Below, in pieces: positions 33,131 through 46,303 of a DNA stretch of 64,000 nt; position 1 is the first letter of the stretch, and each line of letters opens with the position of its first letter. The translations under genes were made by a program, and so were the position numbers. Source of the stretch: Blepharisma stoltei ATCC 30299 (taxonomy: Eukaryota > Protista > Ciliophora); the NCBI GenBank assembly GCA_965603825.1, contig CBFDEM010000053.1:124001-188000 (forward strand), in the 5' to 3' direction. The notes below the pieces were generated by a model. It was not told where the DNA came from and did no database searches. It worked only from the letters and a program-made list of their open reading frames with translations.

Positions 33131-36100
33131 ATGGAGCTTCAGCCACTAAATAAGAATATTTCTGAATCTAAGGCAGCCTATTATCCTTTGCGAGACAAAA
33201 AAAGATCATGATTTTCAAGTCTTCTATTTTTATGAATCCATCCTTTGTTAAGAATCGCTCATTCTACAAAACTAGAACAAGAGCATACTTTTGAACTGCC
33301 TGAGCCTGAAAAAGCAGAAAGCGAGACACTTTCTGAATATTTAAAGAATCACAAATTATTTTCAGCTCTTCTCAGGTCTCATTGGAAAAAATTGCTGCTG
33401 GTGATTATTTTAGGGAATATTTCAGCAATGCTAGATTATGCGGCGCCAATATATATACAGTTGCTTATTTCTTATTTAAGCTCTGATGATAAGCCATTGT
33501 CGACAGGAATCATTTTGGCAGGAAGCTATTCAATTATTACTTTATCTCAACAAATTATAAATGGGCAAACTGCTTGACACTCGAGAATCCTAGAAATTCG
33601 GGTCAAAAATTCACTAGCTAGTGTAATTTATAATAAAGTTACAATTACAGCTACAGTAGAAGAAGGGCAAGGAGTTAACCTTTTGCAAGTTGATGCTAAA
33701 AATATAGTAGAACTTTTTGCGTATAGCGGCTGGGTTGTAGCTATGCCTTTTCAAATAGGATTTGCTATATTTTTAATCCTAAATCAAGTGTCTACTGCTG
33801 TTTTTGCTGGAATAGGAGCAATTGTATTGGCCTTATCTTTGAATTATTTTATTGCAATAAAATGTAAAAATTTTCAAGAAAAATACATGAAAATTCGAGA
33901 TGAGAGAATTGAAAATTCTAAAAATTTATTTGGAGAAATAAAAATGATAAAAGCTTATTCATGGGAAGAATATTTTAAAAATAGGGTAAATATTGTCAGG
34001 AAAAATGAAATTTCCACACTTAGAATTTTGAATTTCTTTTACGCTACAAATATTTTTTTACTGTGGACAATCCCAAGTCTAACTGCTGTTATTGTTTTTG
34101 TATTCTATACTCAAGTATTAGGAGAGCATTTAAATAGCGAAAAAACTTTTGTGACATTGACAGCTTTATTACTACTTCAAGAGCCTTTTAGGTCTTTACC
34201 CCAAGCTGTAACCAAAGTTTTTCAATGCTACGTAAGCTCCAAAAGAATCCAAAAATTGCTTGATGCACCTGTTGTAGAGAAACTGAAGAAAAACGACGTT
34301 ATTGTGATGGAAAAAGCCACTTTCGCTTATGGAGACAAAGAGATTCTGCATGATATTGACTTAACTATAAACAAAGGGGAGTTATTAGCAATTATAGGAG
34401 AAGTTGGGAGTGGGAAATCGTCTATACTTAATGCAATTATGGGTGAAATTAAAATAAAATCAGGAAAAATCGCTGTTGATGACAATATTGCATATGCACC
34501 GTCATTGGATTCATGAGTTATGAATGGCACGTTAAAGAACAATATCTTGTTCGGAAAAGAGTTTGACGAAAGCAAGTATTGGAAGGTAATCGAAGCCTGC
34601 TGCTTAATGCAAGATATCAATATCCTTCCAGCCCGTGATTTTACAGAAATCGGAGAAAAAGGCATTAATCTTTCTGGAGGACAAAAGGCTCGAGTATGCT
34701 TAGCAAGAGCTGTCTATGCTGATAGGGATATTTATTTACTAGATGATCCTTTGAGTTCTGTAGACTCGCATGTAGCTCATCATATATTTAAACATTGCAT
34801 GCTAGGATTGCTTGCAAATAAAACAAGGATTTTAGTGACCCATCGAATGAATATTTTGCACAAATGTGATAGGGTGATAATCATGGAGGCAGGAAAAATT
34901 AAAAAAATTACGAGCTCAGAAAGTATTTCAATTGATACAGAAATTATTGAAGAAAGCACAAAAACAGTTGAAGCTCCTACTGGAGAAGGGAAACTCATTG
35001 AAGATGAAGACAGAGAGGTAGGGAAGGTTAGCATGGAGGTCTATAAGGACTATTTAAAATGTGCAGGGGCCTATTATTGAATTTGTATAGCTATAGTTGC
35101 CATGATTATTTATACCGGCGTAAGAATGGCTGGAGACATTTTTCTAAAAAACTGAAGCGAAAACCAAGACGAAACTTCAACTTGGATGCCGCTCTATTTC
35201 AGTTTCCGACTAGGCAGCTGTCTTTTTGTGTACATGCGTACCACAAGTTTAAATGTAATGATGCAAATCAATACCGGCAAAAAAATCCACGAAAATCTGC
35301 TAAACTCCCTTATAAAAGCTCCAATTAATTTATTTTATGATATTACCCCATTAGGAAGAATTCTAAACCGGCTTAGTAAAGATCTAGGCATAATTGAAGA
35401 AGATTTAGGCTTTACTATCGGGACACTTTTATCCCATACCTGCTCGATTTCTGCTTCATTTATAATGGTTTTTATTTATTTTCCATGACTTGCAGTGCTT
35501 TTACCATTTTCTATATACCCAGCTTTAAAACTCAAAGAATATTATATAACTACATCAAGGGAGCTTACTAGATTAGAAGCAATTTCTCGATCTCCGATTT
35601 TAAATAACTACACTGAGACTATTTCAGGTGCAAAATTTATAAGAGTTCACAATAAAATCCCTTATTTTATTAATAAAAATAATGGGATTTTAAACATGAA
35701 CGCCAGAATGAACTATTCTTTGGGAGGCTGCAGTGCATGGCTTGATTTATATTTAGGTTTCCTCAGCTCAGCTTTTCTATGTGTTTTATTTGCCCTTGTA
35801 GTGGTTTATAGATATGATGTTTCAGTTGGTGTTGTAGGGCTTTCCCTGGCTTATATTGTATCGCTCCCTAGAGATGTTAGCCTATGGGTACTGACGTTTG
35901 CTATATTAGAAAATCAGATGGTCTCTGTTGAAAGGACAAGGCATTTTATGAAACTTGACCCTGAGCAGCCATTAAAACTTGACACTGACAAAAATTTGCA
36001 AAATTGGCCAATTTCTCCATCAATAAAGTTTAGAGATGCAAAAATGAGATATAGACCAAATACTGATCTTGTATTAAAAGGAGTCAGTTTTATAGTTGAG

Positions 36101-36718
36101 CCTGGACAAAGGATAGGGCTAGTAGGAAGGACAGGCTGTGGGAAATCTTCATTGTTTTTGTGCTTGTTGAGAATAGTCGAGCTAGAGTCTGGAGCTATCT
36201 TGATCGATGAAGTAAATATAGCTCATATAGGGCTTTCTGCTTTGAGAGGAGCAATTACCTTGATAGCTCAAGATCCATTGGTTTTTGAAGGGACACTTAA
36301 AGATAACTTGGATCCGGGGAATTTAAAATCTCAAGCTCAAATAGAAAAAGCTCTAAATGAAGTAAAACTATCGAGATTTTCTACTGACCATGCAGTTAAA
36401 GCAAAAGGGTCAAATTTATCAATTGGGGAAAGACAGTTATTAAGCCTTGGTAGAGCTATGCTTGCTGATACAAAAATTATTTTATTTGATGAAGCAACTG
36501 CTGGAATTGATCCTGAAACAGATTCCCAGATACAAGAATTGATAAAGGATAAATTTCCTGGAAAAACACTTTTGGCGATTGCTCATAGGATTGGAACGAT
36601 TATGGATAGCGACATTGTGGTAGTAATGGATAGAGGAGAAGTAAAAGAAATAGGAAATCCTAAAGAACTTGTAGAAAGTGATTCTCTGTTTAAAAATTTA
36701 GCTCAGAATATTCATTAG
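33131..36718 (+). CDS. ABCC/MRP-family ABC transporter (full length, TMD-NBD-TMD-NBD)
   Basis: Seven TGA=Trp (33209, 33233, 33575, 34514, 35078, 35153, 35486) join five track ORFs. Lasso SWFS.L.F.W..PL, GEVGSGKS, GEKGINLSGGQKAR, TPLGRILNR, GRTGCGKS, NLSIGERQ, DEATA. Confidence 0.95.
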
Positions 36719-36966
36719 TTACGCATGGGCAATTGGTATAAATTTAAGGTAATCTTAATTATTGATTTAATTCCTAATATTAAATGAACTTATTTTTATC
36801 AAAGCATTTCCTGATGCTAAGAAATGTTCAATTAAATATATAAAAACTATCATATTCACAGTTATTTGTTTCTAATTAATTACCAGATTTTTCAAATTTT
36901 CTTTATTTTAACTGATGAAATTATATATTTTAGTCCATCCATTTTTGAAATTCAGACTGATAATCA

Positions 36967-38356
36967 ATGTCATTTTTTAAAAGATTTTGCTACTGTTGCT
37001 ACAGAACAGAAGAAATCGAGATAAATGAAGAATCTAGAATCCTCCCAAAAAACAAAGCGTAATGAAGTATACAGTGACAACTCTGGAATACAAAAATTTG
37101 AATCGCCTTATACAATTTTCACTTATGGCATTACTCCGCCTAATTTGCATCTGTTTAAGCTGCCTTTGGATTGGTGTAGAGTTGGGATCTTAAAAATTTC
37201 ATGTGGGGCAGAGCATTTGCTGATGCTGAGCCAAGAATATCAGCTCTTCTCAGCAGGAAATAACATATATGGACAGTGTGCAAGAGATCCTGAAAAAACT
37301 ACGACTTATAAAGAAGATAACAGATCATCCCAAGAGACAGAATCATCAAAATATATCAGACTGAAGCCCTTAGTTTTAAGAAATTCAAAAGTGATAGATA
37401 TAGCAACTGGCTCTTACCATTCATTAGTCCTTGTTAAAGATTTAGAAGACAGAGTACCAGGAACCATCTATACAGTCATGGCTTTTGGTCATGAAACAGG
37501 CTGTGGGTTTTCTGATAAAAAGCATAACCATGTCCCAACAGAAATTTTTTCCCGCACCAAATTTAAAGAAAATCCTAAAAATGTTTATGCGGGTCAAATG
37601 CGTTCAGCCATTCTTTTAGGTATCTAATAATCAGAAAGTGGGAAAGTACTAATGGTTGGCGAATGATTTAATGGCTCAAAACAGCGGGAGCTTAAAGAAA
37701 TTCCACTGCATTTAGAAGAAAATGATCAATTAAAAAAAATTGCAATTGGGAAAATGCATGCGATTTTTCTGACAAAAAATGGAAAAACTTATTCAATAGG
37801 TGATAACACATATGGAGAAATAGGTTTTTCAAGGGATACCTATAATAAGCAATTACCTGCATTAATACCATTTTTTCGTGACATTAATGCTATAGATATC
37901 GCGGCTGGAGCTAGACATTCTCTTGTACTTGAAGAAACTGGAAAACTTTTTGCGTTTGGTGACAACAGTGAAGAACAGTGTGGACTTGATACAAATCGGG
38001 CCTATGAGCCTATGGAAGTTGAAACTAAAGGAATTTTAGGCAAAAAAAGTGTGGTGACGAGGTTTATTTTTTGTGGGGATGCTCATTCAGCAGTCGTTAC
38101 AAGCGAAGGGGATTTATTTGCGTGAGGCGATAACACTGCAGGAAGACTAGGGATTAAAGGAGGTTTATCGATTTATAGGCCTAGACTAGTTGACGATTTA
38201 ATAGGAAGAAATATATGTGACGTAGCTCTGGGCGGATTTTTTAGTATATTTTTGGTGGGGCCAAAAACTGGGTCAATTTTGTCAAAAGAAGAAAATATTT
38301 TGAAAACGAGGATTTTTGGGACTTTGATATCACATAATAATTTAAATCAAGTATAA
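36967..38356 (+). CDS. RCC1-repeat beta-propeller protein with Cys-rich N-terminus
   Basis: ATG 36967, 16-nt intron 37059-37074, 15-nt intron 37620-37634, TGA=Trp at 37664 and 38123 (LFAWGDN..GRLG); repeats of I..G..H......G....G.N..G. Confidence 0.85.
37059..37074 (+). other. 16-nt intron GTAATGAAGTATACAG
   Basis: A at -6; removal shifts the frame by exactly the +1 needed to join ATG 36967 to the RCC1 frame. Confidence 0.7.
37620..37634 (+). other. 15-nt intron GTATCTAATAATCAG
   Basis: Removes in-frame TAATAA and restores SAILLESGKV of an RCC1 blade. Confidence 0.88.
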
Positions 38357-38363
38357 ACAAAAA

Positions 38364-40907
38364 TTAAACTGAGTGTCTTCTTTGATGATATCTCTCTTGC
38401 GCTATTGAAGTTGCTGTAATAAAAGGCTTCCCGAGGGAACTGATAAAATTTTTATTTGTGGAGCGGATAATTTCGTTGCCTTTATTTTTTTCTTGTGAAA
38501 GTTTACTATTTTGGGTAGGAGCTTTGGTTATGATTTCAAAGAAATCAGCAACTCCCTCAACCATTGAAAGTTCTTCATTTAACCTCATAGTTTTCCAATA
38601 ATACATTCCAATTATTGCCATTAAATCTACAAAATCCCCAAACTCGATCACAAAATCATGATCACTAATTATTTCTGGATCAATCAGCCATATCTCATCA
38701 TTATTTACCAGAATTGATGAGTAAAAGCTGAAAGCCGTATATCTATCTAACATAAATTTATCACGAATTGGCTTTTGAAATGGTAAAAGTGTATGCCTTA
38801 TTTTGTTATCCCCATATCTTAACGAATCCCTCTGTTGCAATTTAATATTTTTATTTTCAGGCTTTCTTACCAAAGATGAAGGAAAATATATAGCTGATTC
38901 TGCTGGAGCTTTATAATGAACTCTATTAAATTTTCCTTTGAGTGGGCTATTTTTAGGACTTTCTTCATCAAAAATAAATTCGTCTTCATTGTCATTGATT
39001 TCTTTATTCATAGATTGGGAGCAATCTAGAATCCCTATTTGATCTAATAAATTATAGATCCTTGTCAGCTCAATTTTATCATCAGATCTATTGGAATGCT
39101 GCAGTGATCCGACTGTATGTGACTTAAATAAAGAATACAGCTTTGCGGAATACTCACGAGTGGTGTCCATGATGTGGACATCTTGTATAAGCTTACTATA
39201 AAATAAGCCTTGGGTCATTCTTGTGCTTGGTTTTAAGTCTCTTCTATAGAAAATTTCAAACTTCTGATATAATTTAATATTGGAAAGCTTCGAGTACCTC
39301 GGATGAGCTGAAACTAACCTCACAAGTGCCTCGATAAAATTAGGAAGCTGCAAATGATAAATATCCTTAAATGAATAAGACTTTATCAAATGATGAAGCC
39401 ATGGCTTGCTTGCTTCATTAGCTTTGTTTTTATTGTTAGAAAATGCTACAAAGAAAACCTTCGCACCATCCAACATTTCAAAGTCTTTTCCTATCAGCAT
39501 ACAATCCTTAAGCAGCCTAATAAAGGTTGCAAATTTCATACTTAAAGCGTCTTTTAAGACACTCATAGACTCCATGTTATAGCTTATGAATATTTTCCTA
39601 AATGTTCTTTTATGTTTAAATAGTATTTTGTATAGTAAAAGTCTGTCTGTAACTTCTTCATCTAAAGTGAATTTTAAATTTTCATCAACTTCATCGCTTG
39701 TTTTGAAGTAAGATAAAGCTGCAATTCGGTCTTGAGTGCAACTGCATTTTAAAATATCGTCGATGTTAAGCCGACAATCAGCTGACTCAGGCATTTTTCA
39801 TTGGATATATTCGATTTTATCGTATTTTGCTCTGGTATTTGTCATATGATATTGAGGTAAATCTCTTGTTTGAGTGACTAGAAAAGGGTCTAATGTAATA
39901 AGCCTTAAATTGCAATTTAATTTTAGCTCAGTTTCAACCTCTTCTTTTGAGCCCATATCATAAGTAGGGGTTTGCAGAGTTTTATAAATACTAAACCTCT
40001 GCTGACTCGGGATACTTGAAACAGAAGATTTCCTGGATGTAGCCAAAGGCTTCAAATTTGTGCTTTTTCTACCTCCAGAAGGTGATAATGTAATTATTCT
40101 TCTTTTTAATCTAAAAACCAAAGATTCCAAGGTTTGGTTTATTTCTTTAGTATTCCCTTCAATAGACAATTTATATACATCATCATTATTTTCTTTTTTT
40201 ATATGTCTCGGAAAAATACATTCAGCACCACTTGTAATCTCTAGCCCAAATCGAAAGTTTTTAAACGCATCAAGCATGTATTTATAATGTTTCCTTTCCA
40301 TTTCATGAACATTTAAATCTTCAACAAGCTGCCTTCCTACCTGTATACATTTATTATTATCAGTTAATGAAGATTGTGATGCTTTTGTTGACAATAAATC
40401 AGGAGATAAAGGAGTATCGACATCAACTGAAAACTTCCGAACTGCTTTAAATTCCAATGACTCGATAAGGTCTTCCACATCATTTAGATCAGAAATTTGG
40501 GTCTTATTTTCTTGTTTGAGAGAAGATAATGCTTTTTGCATGTCACTGAATAAATTATCTATTGGATACTCAATATCAAGATTTTGTAATGATTTTGAAG
40601 TGTTGCGAGATAAAAGATTTAAGCTGTCTATTGGAGAGCTTATTTGAGGGACTTTTAAAGAAACCATTGTGTCGCTGCGAAGTATCAAGCTTTTAGTTTG
40701 AGCTAAAGTGTCATCGTCATTTGTAGTGGATTCGAGCTTTTTAAGTAAATCTTTGATATTCTATGTAATGGTTACATTCATTTTTTGGTGAATTGGGCTA
40801 TGTTTCATAGTAGTAGGTGTTGAATAAGAATCAATTTTTAGAGGAGGGAGAATAGGACTTGCGATAGCTCGGTTACGTTTTAAATTCTGTCTATTTATCC
40901 TTGACAT
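38364..40907 (-). CDS. hypothetical protein with degenerate EF-hand-like helical repeats
   Basis: ATG 40907, intron 40761-40775, TGA=Trp at 39798; motifs L.KIF..Y...M.F..F..L.KDC and FIEALVRL. Confidence 0.75.
40761..40775 (-). other. 15-nt intron GTAACCATTACATAG
   Basis: Consensus match; removes an in-frame TAG. Confidence 0.82.
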
Positions 40908-41063
40908 TTAATTTACCATGAGTTTACTATTTCTTGCAAAAATATGTAAAGTTGAAACTGCTTGTGCTAGTAAAATGACTAAAATTTATAAATACCAACA
41001 GCAGGAAATTTTTTAATGAAATTAGCATAGAAATTATGATAAGTTTTGCAATTAATTTAGGTT

Positions 41064-41627
41064 CTAACTTATAAAGGATGCAGAGAGTAGTTCTTCGTTT
41101 GAGAAATCATCATCAAAGGTAATAAGTTCACTTCCTCTTCTCTTATGGTATCTTAAATCGCTATCTTTTGCGTTTCCAAATGCATATAAAACAAAATATT
41201 GTTTTCCTTTTTCTAAAGGAAGATCGCAAATATCGCCGGTATTTAAATATCTTTTCCACTGCAAAACGTGGTGGTTTCCTTCAATATATTTTTCAAGGTC
41301 TAAAACGTTGTCTTGGCATTCTTCTTCTGTGTCTCGGCTTGGATACCCATTTTCCACTCCAAACCTATCCTCATAAATGCTTTCTCCAAGGATAAATGAC
41401 ACCAAATCAGCTCCAGCCATGCCTCTGCCGTTTTCAATGCTCTTAATGCCAGTACCAACCCATCCCCATGTTCCAGTAGCTTTGGCAGTAGGGATGTAAT
41501 ATTTAAATATGACTGATTCATCTTCATCGTTAAATGTCCATTTCAAAATTAGATCTTCGTTCAGAAAAACTTCACCTCCAAAGCAGATGCCTAGATACGC
41601 TGCAATTACAATTAACGTTAACGACAT
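41064..41627 (-). CDS. secreted DOMON-domain protein
   Basis: Signal peptide, GWVG.G....GMAGADLV, P..D...QDN, W.R.L.TGD..D, YAFG, YH..RG. Confidence 0.85.
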   Translation of the reverse strand: MSLTLIVIAAYLGICFGGEVFLNEDLILKWTFNDEDESVIFKYYIPTAKATGTWGWVGTGIKSIENGRGMAGADLVSFILGESIYEDRFGVENGYPSRDTEEECQDNVLDLEKYIEGNHHVLQWKRYLNTGDICDLPLEKGKQYFVLYAFGNAKDSDLRYHKRRGSELITFDDDFSNEELLSASFIS

Positions 41628-41940
41628 TTTTAACTATTTAAATAAAATGAAAAGATTGAAATCTTTTGTACTGCAACAAAGATGGAATCCAATGTTTTTA
41701 TAGTTAATAAGTTCATGAGCATTTTATTTATATATAAAATTTTACATTGAGTTTTAGGTTGGGAAATTTTATACTTCATATAATGAATTAAAATATCAAT
41801 TTATTTTATAAATGTTGTTGAAACTTAGAAAGCTTATACAAAATTAGCACGTAAATGAGAATTCTTTTTGATTTTTACAAAATTTGACCCCTTTTACTTG
41901 GGCTTAATTTCAAATTTAGTTTTCCTATTTTCTTTTATAA

Positions 41941-44373
41941 ATGGAGAAAAGAGTAAAGAATATTGCTATAGTTGTTGGGATTTTATTCTTACTTATATTT
42001 ATGTTCCCAGAAAAAGCTTTTTATATCACAGTATTCCTCAGTGGTATTATCTGTACTCTCATATTTGAACTCGTTATATTTTACTTTTATATAACAAAAG
42101 AATCTGACATTCCTGAGCCTTCAGTAGTTTCATTATATACCCCTCGGCCTCTCCCTAAGACAATACCCTTAGAAGAGGCAATAGAAAATGCAAGGAAAAA
42201 CTCTGGAAATTCATTATATGTAGCTCAAGCTCCTTTAGAAAGGAGAATGTCAGCATTACCTTGTGTTTGTAATAGCCCAGAGTTCGCTATGCTATGCAGT
42301 GGTGGAGAAGCTACTATTTCTGAGCTTATCCAATATATAAAAGATCTTTTACAAACTGAAAAGACATATGGGCAAGCCATCGTCAAATTGACTGAAATTT
42401 CTTTTCTTGACAAAATTAAGAAGAAAAAATCAATTGAAATTTTCGGAAAATTAAAAGAAGCATTAAATAAAATCGGGAAATCGCATTTAGACGAAGCTCA
42501 ATACTTAAACGAGGGGCTTTTAGAAAACCTAGGCTTCATAGAAAAAGACATAAAAAATAAGCATAAAGAGCTAGAAAACAAATTAAAAACCTCAAGCGCT
42601 GCCTTTGAAAGCACTGTTCAAAGCATCCAAAAGCTTCAAACTAAATTAATTAGCGCACAATCAATATATCAGAAAGCTAACAATGATTATCAAGAAGCAA
42701 AAAAAGATTTAGTCCCTTTTGACACTTTAATGAAAAAAGAAATGAAACTGAAACTGACCAAAAATGAGGTCAGCACTTTGCAAAACACTATAAAACAGCT
42801 TAAAGAGAACATGGAGGAGGAATCAAAAATATACTTGCCTAAAGCACAAGAAATATTGGAAAATCTAAGACATGTAAAGCTCCAAAGGGCAGAACAATAT
42901 AGATCTAATATACAAAGCTGACTTGGGAGCCTTGAAAACTGTATGAGAATCTGCATGAATTTAGCCCAAGCTTTGCAGCAGCCAGGAGATGATCCCGAGC
43001 AAGGGGAAACACTCCCCACTTTGGAAGAAACTAAGAAAAATCAAGGATCATTTATTGATAAATTAACAGAAAAAGTTTTACCAAATCTCGATAAATCGAA
43101 AAAACTCAGTATTAAAGGAATATGAAATAAAACAATAAACAAAAAAGTTGACACTGTCCAAGAAGAATTCGAGAGATTAGAAAATAAATCCAAAAAGATC
43201 AAGAAAAAAATTAACGAAATTGATATGTTTATTAAACATTTAAGTGATGCAGAAATGAGCTACTCAAATGAATTAATGAGGATTGTGCAGAGCTGGCATG
43301 AATTAGAAGATTTAGGATTAGGAGAAAGATGAAGAGAAGTCACAAAAGGTATCGAACAGACCATTGAAACTATAGAAAAGTTTGCAGCTGAAATAGATAC
43401 AGCAAGATTAGAGTTAAAAAATTTTGAAAAAATTATCACAGAATATAATGACTCTCTTATTATAGCAAAAGGATATCCAGAACTAATAGAATCAAGCCAG
43501 CTAAAGCTTAAAGAGCTATATGAAAATAGAGACAAGTTCATAGAATCTTGCAAAAATAAAATAGTTGCAGCTTTATCATTAAAATGCCAAGAATGTTTAA
43601 AATTTATATCATCAATAACGCAATTTATGAATGAATGTGATAATGTCGACATATCAGGAGAATTTTCTAGCAGAGCCAAAATCCATAGATACCAATGCCC
43701 ATTCTATATTTATGAAGTCGAAAACTCAGAAAATCCTTTAGAAGCTTTTCCAGAAACTGTAAAAATTGGCGATCCTGAATCTGCGTTTTGGTTCAATGAC
43801 TTATTAACTACTTATTTATTTGAATGGGCTGAGTCCTCAAAATTCCAAGCATGAATTTGTAGGAGATTAAAAAGGGTTTATAATAAAGGAAGACCCCAAT
43901 ACATGGGTGAAATTCAAGTCAAAGGTGTAGAACTAAGTGGCCAAGCCCCAGAGGTCAAAGATTTTACTCCATTAGCAAAGGAAAATGATCTTGATTTTTT
44001 TTATGAGTTTGACTTGTGGTTTAGAGGGGAAGTCAGAATCAATCTAGAATTTGAAGTACAGTGGAGTTTGGCGACGGTAACTGTAAATGTTAAAGCAATT
44101 TTTAGGTCTTTATATGGAAGAATGATACTATTTTATACACCTTCTGATAGAGGAAAAAGTTGGTATTCTTTTGTAGCTGAGCCTGCTTATCAGATCGCTA
44201 TTGAGCCTGTTTTAGGAAAAATGAATAAGGTTGCTTTGAGTAAATTCCCACAATTAAACACTTTTCTTGTATCAATATTATCAAAAAAAATCAGAAAATT
44301 TGTGTGGCCTAATAAAAGATCAGTTAAAATTCCTAAAGGGAAAAAATTACCTAAAAATAAAACAAATAATTAA
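41941..44373 (+). CDS. membrane-anchored protein with F-BAR-like helical domains and C-terminal SMP (TULIP) domain
   Basis: Four TGA=Trp (42919, 43123, 43330, 43852) give one 810-aa frame. N-terminal hydrophobic hairpin; ESAFWFN.L...W; RP.YMGEI.V..V.L...AP; SLYGRM...P....WYSF...P; I.K.FVWPN. Confidence 0.8.
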
Positions 44374-44563
44374 GAAAAGCCATAATATTATAATGCTTGC
44401 CAAAATAATAAACTCATTCAATCTTATCTTGTTTGCATAGACGCTTCATCAAATTAAAATTTATTTAAAATATTGTAAAATGAGAAGCCCGTAGCTTTTA
44501 AAACTGCCAGAAATATTGGCGTATTAAGCCAACTTATATATCTAAAAATATGCTAATCTTTTA

Positions 44564-45709
44564 TTAAGCTTTATTTGCTCTGTTATTCTTATTAAAGCAC
44601 TCAAACTCAAAAGGCTTATTGAAAAAATGAGTAAAATGGTCGGTTGTCTATATAAAAATTACCTGAAGCACACATCCACATAAATAGCAAAAATATTTTC
44701 GTCCCTTGCATTCTGGAGAGTGGCAAGTCATAAAATTACACCCTTGGATTTTTTCTGACATTGCCCCACAGTGTGGACACTTCATGAGTCCATTATTCCT
44801 AGCGAATTCTTCCATCAATTGATTTTCTTTATTCTGAATCTGTTCTTTTTCATATTCTTCGCAGGTTTTTCCTATATGAGGATTTTTATAGCAGAGTGGG
44901 CAACAGGTTGTTTTGCATGCGGGGCATGTGAATTCTTCCATACCTTTAAAAATTTCTGCTCTGAATTCACAATCAGGCCCTTGGCATTGGTAATCAATGT
45001 TACCATCTAAATTGTCTGGTTTTCAGTTTCTCAGCAAAAATTTTTCTAAAATATTAAAAGTTTTTTTACTAATACTTCCTTTGATTATTCCATAATCAAT
45101 AGGAATTCCACACTGAAAACACTTTAAATCCTCTGGGGCTATTTTTCCTTCCATTATATATGTTGTTAAGTACATTTCCATGCAACTTCTACAGTATCTA
45201 TGATCGCACATTAAAGTAATGAACTCAGTTATTTTTTTCTGAGATTGGCATATGTCACATGGATAAAATGGGGCTTTGGCATCTTCTTCATTTTCTAACA
45301 TTTTTTTAAATTTCTTTTTACCTCCAAAGGCTTTTTCAATCGAAGGACGCCCAATTTTTTCCCCACATATAGGGCATAAAACTTCATCCCATCGCGATAT
45401 GTCATTATTTGAATAGAGATAAAAATGATTTTTGAAACATTCGTCAGAGCAAATTATATGTTCATTATCTTTGTCACATGGCAAAATGTGGCATTTGCTG
45501 ATGTCTTTTTTTCTAATGACATTATTGCAAACTTTGCAGATCCTTGAATGAACTCCTACTAGCGTGGCTTCAAGTTTCATATCAGATTTGCTTAAATAGA
45601 AAGATAATCCATCTAAGCATGCTCTAATTGCAGGCAGATGGTCTGGGTTTTTATAGTTATTCATCCAATTTTCAAGGTTTTTCACCATTTGGGTTAGGTC
45701 TACTTCCAT
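44564..45709 (-). CDS. RBR (RING-IBR-RING) E3 ubiquitin ligase with an extra N-terminal RING-like domain
   Basis: CDIC..CDH.YC..C, IBR CPAC...C..C...H...C, RING2 CPHC....KIQGCNFMTC...C...FCYLC; TGA=Trp at 45023, intron 44648-44662, TAA at 44564. Confidence 0.9.
44648..44662 (-). other. 15-nt intron GTAATTTTTATATAG
   Basis: Consensus match; removal restores the H..HF...C tail of RING2. Confidence 0.88.
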
Positions 45710-46303
45710 TTATTATTATAGAATCATAATTATTCAGACAATCAAAATTTCTTGATATTAATTTTTATGCAGCTCGATAATAAGAATGCTTCTTTACGCT
45801 TTGTAAGGCATTTTTGATGAAAACAAATGCTTATTTATGGCTCAAAATATTAAATTTTTAAAAATCATGCTTATTTGATTGTTTTGCTTCAGGATTCTCT
45901 AATAGATAGACTATCTTTTGCATTAATTTTATAAAGTGCTTCTAAAGGTTGCAATTCGATTTCAAATCTTTAATTTTAATATCTTTAAATTCAATTAAAT
46001 TTCTTGTTCGTTTTTGTATCTTTTCATCATTTAAATTCACTTCTAGCATCTTTCAAATTCATTTTTAAGCATTTTATTAGCTTGTGATTCATCAGTTTTT
46101 ATAAATTCTTTTACGTTTTCTAGTTTATTCTTTGAAGATTTCGTTTGAAAAAAAGAGATTAAATAATGCTTGCAGGACAATTAAAACTCCATCATGCTTT
46201 ATCCATTTAAAGAGACTTGAAAATTAGTATTGTGATCAATTTTAATTTTTGATCAAAACAGTGTTGAAAGATAATTTCGGGTTTTTAAATAAATATTTAC
46301 ATA

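Noticed and set aside
33131-36718. ABCC, SPT6 and channel genes as pseudogenes or selenoproteins because of internal stops
   Set aside because: All interruptions are TGA at Trp-type positions (not Cys) or lie within consensus 15-nt introns; there are no unexplained frameshifts.
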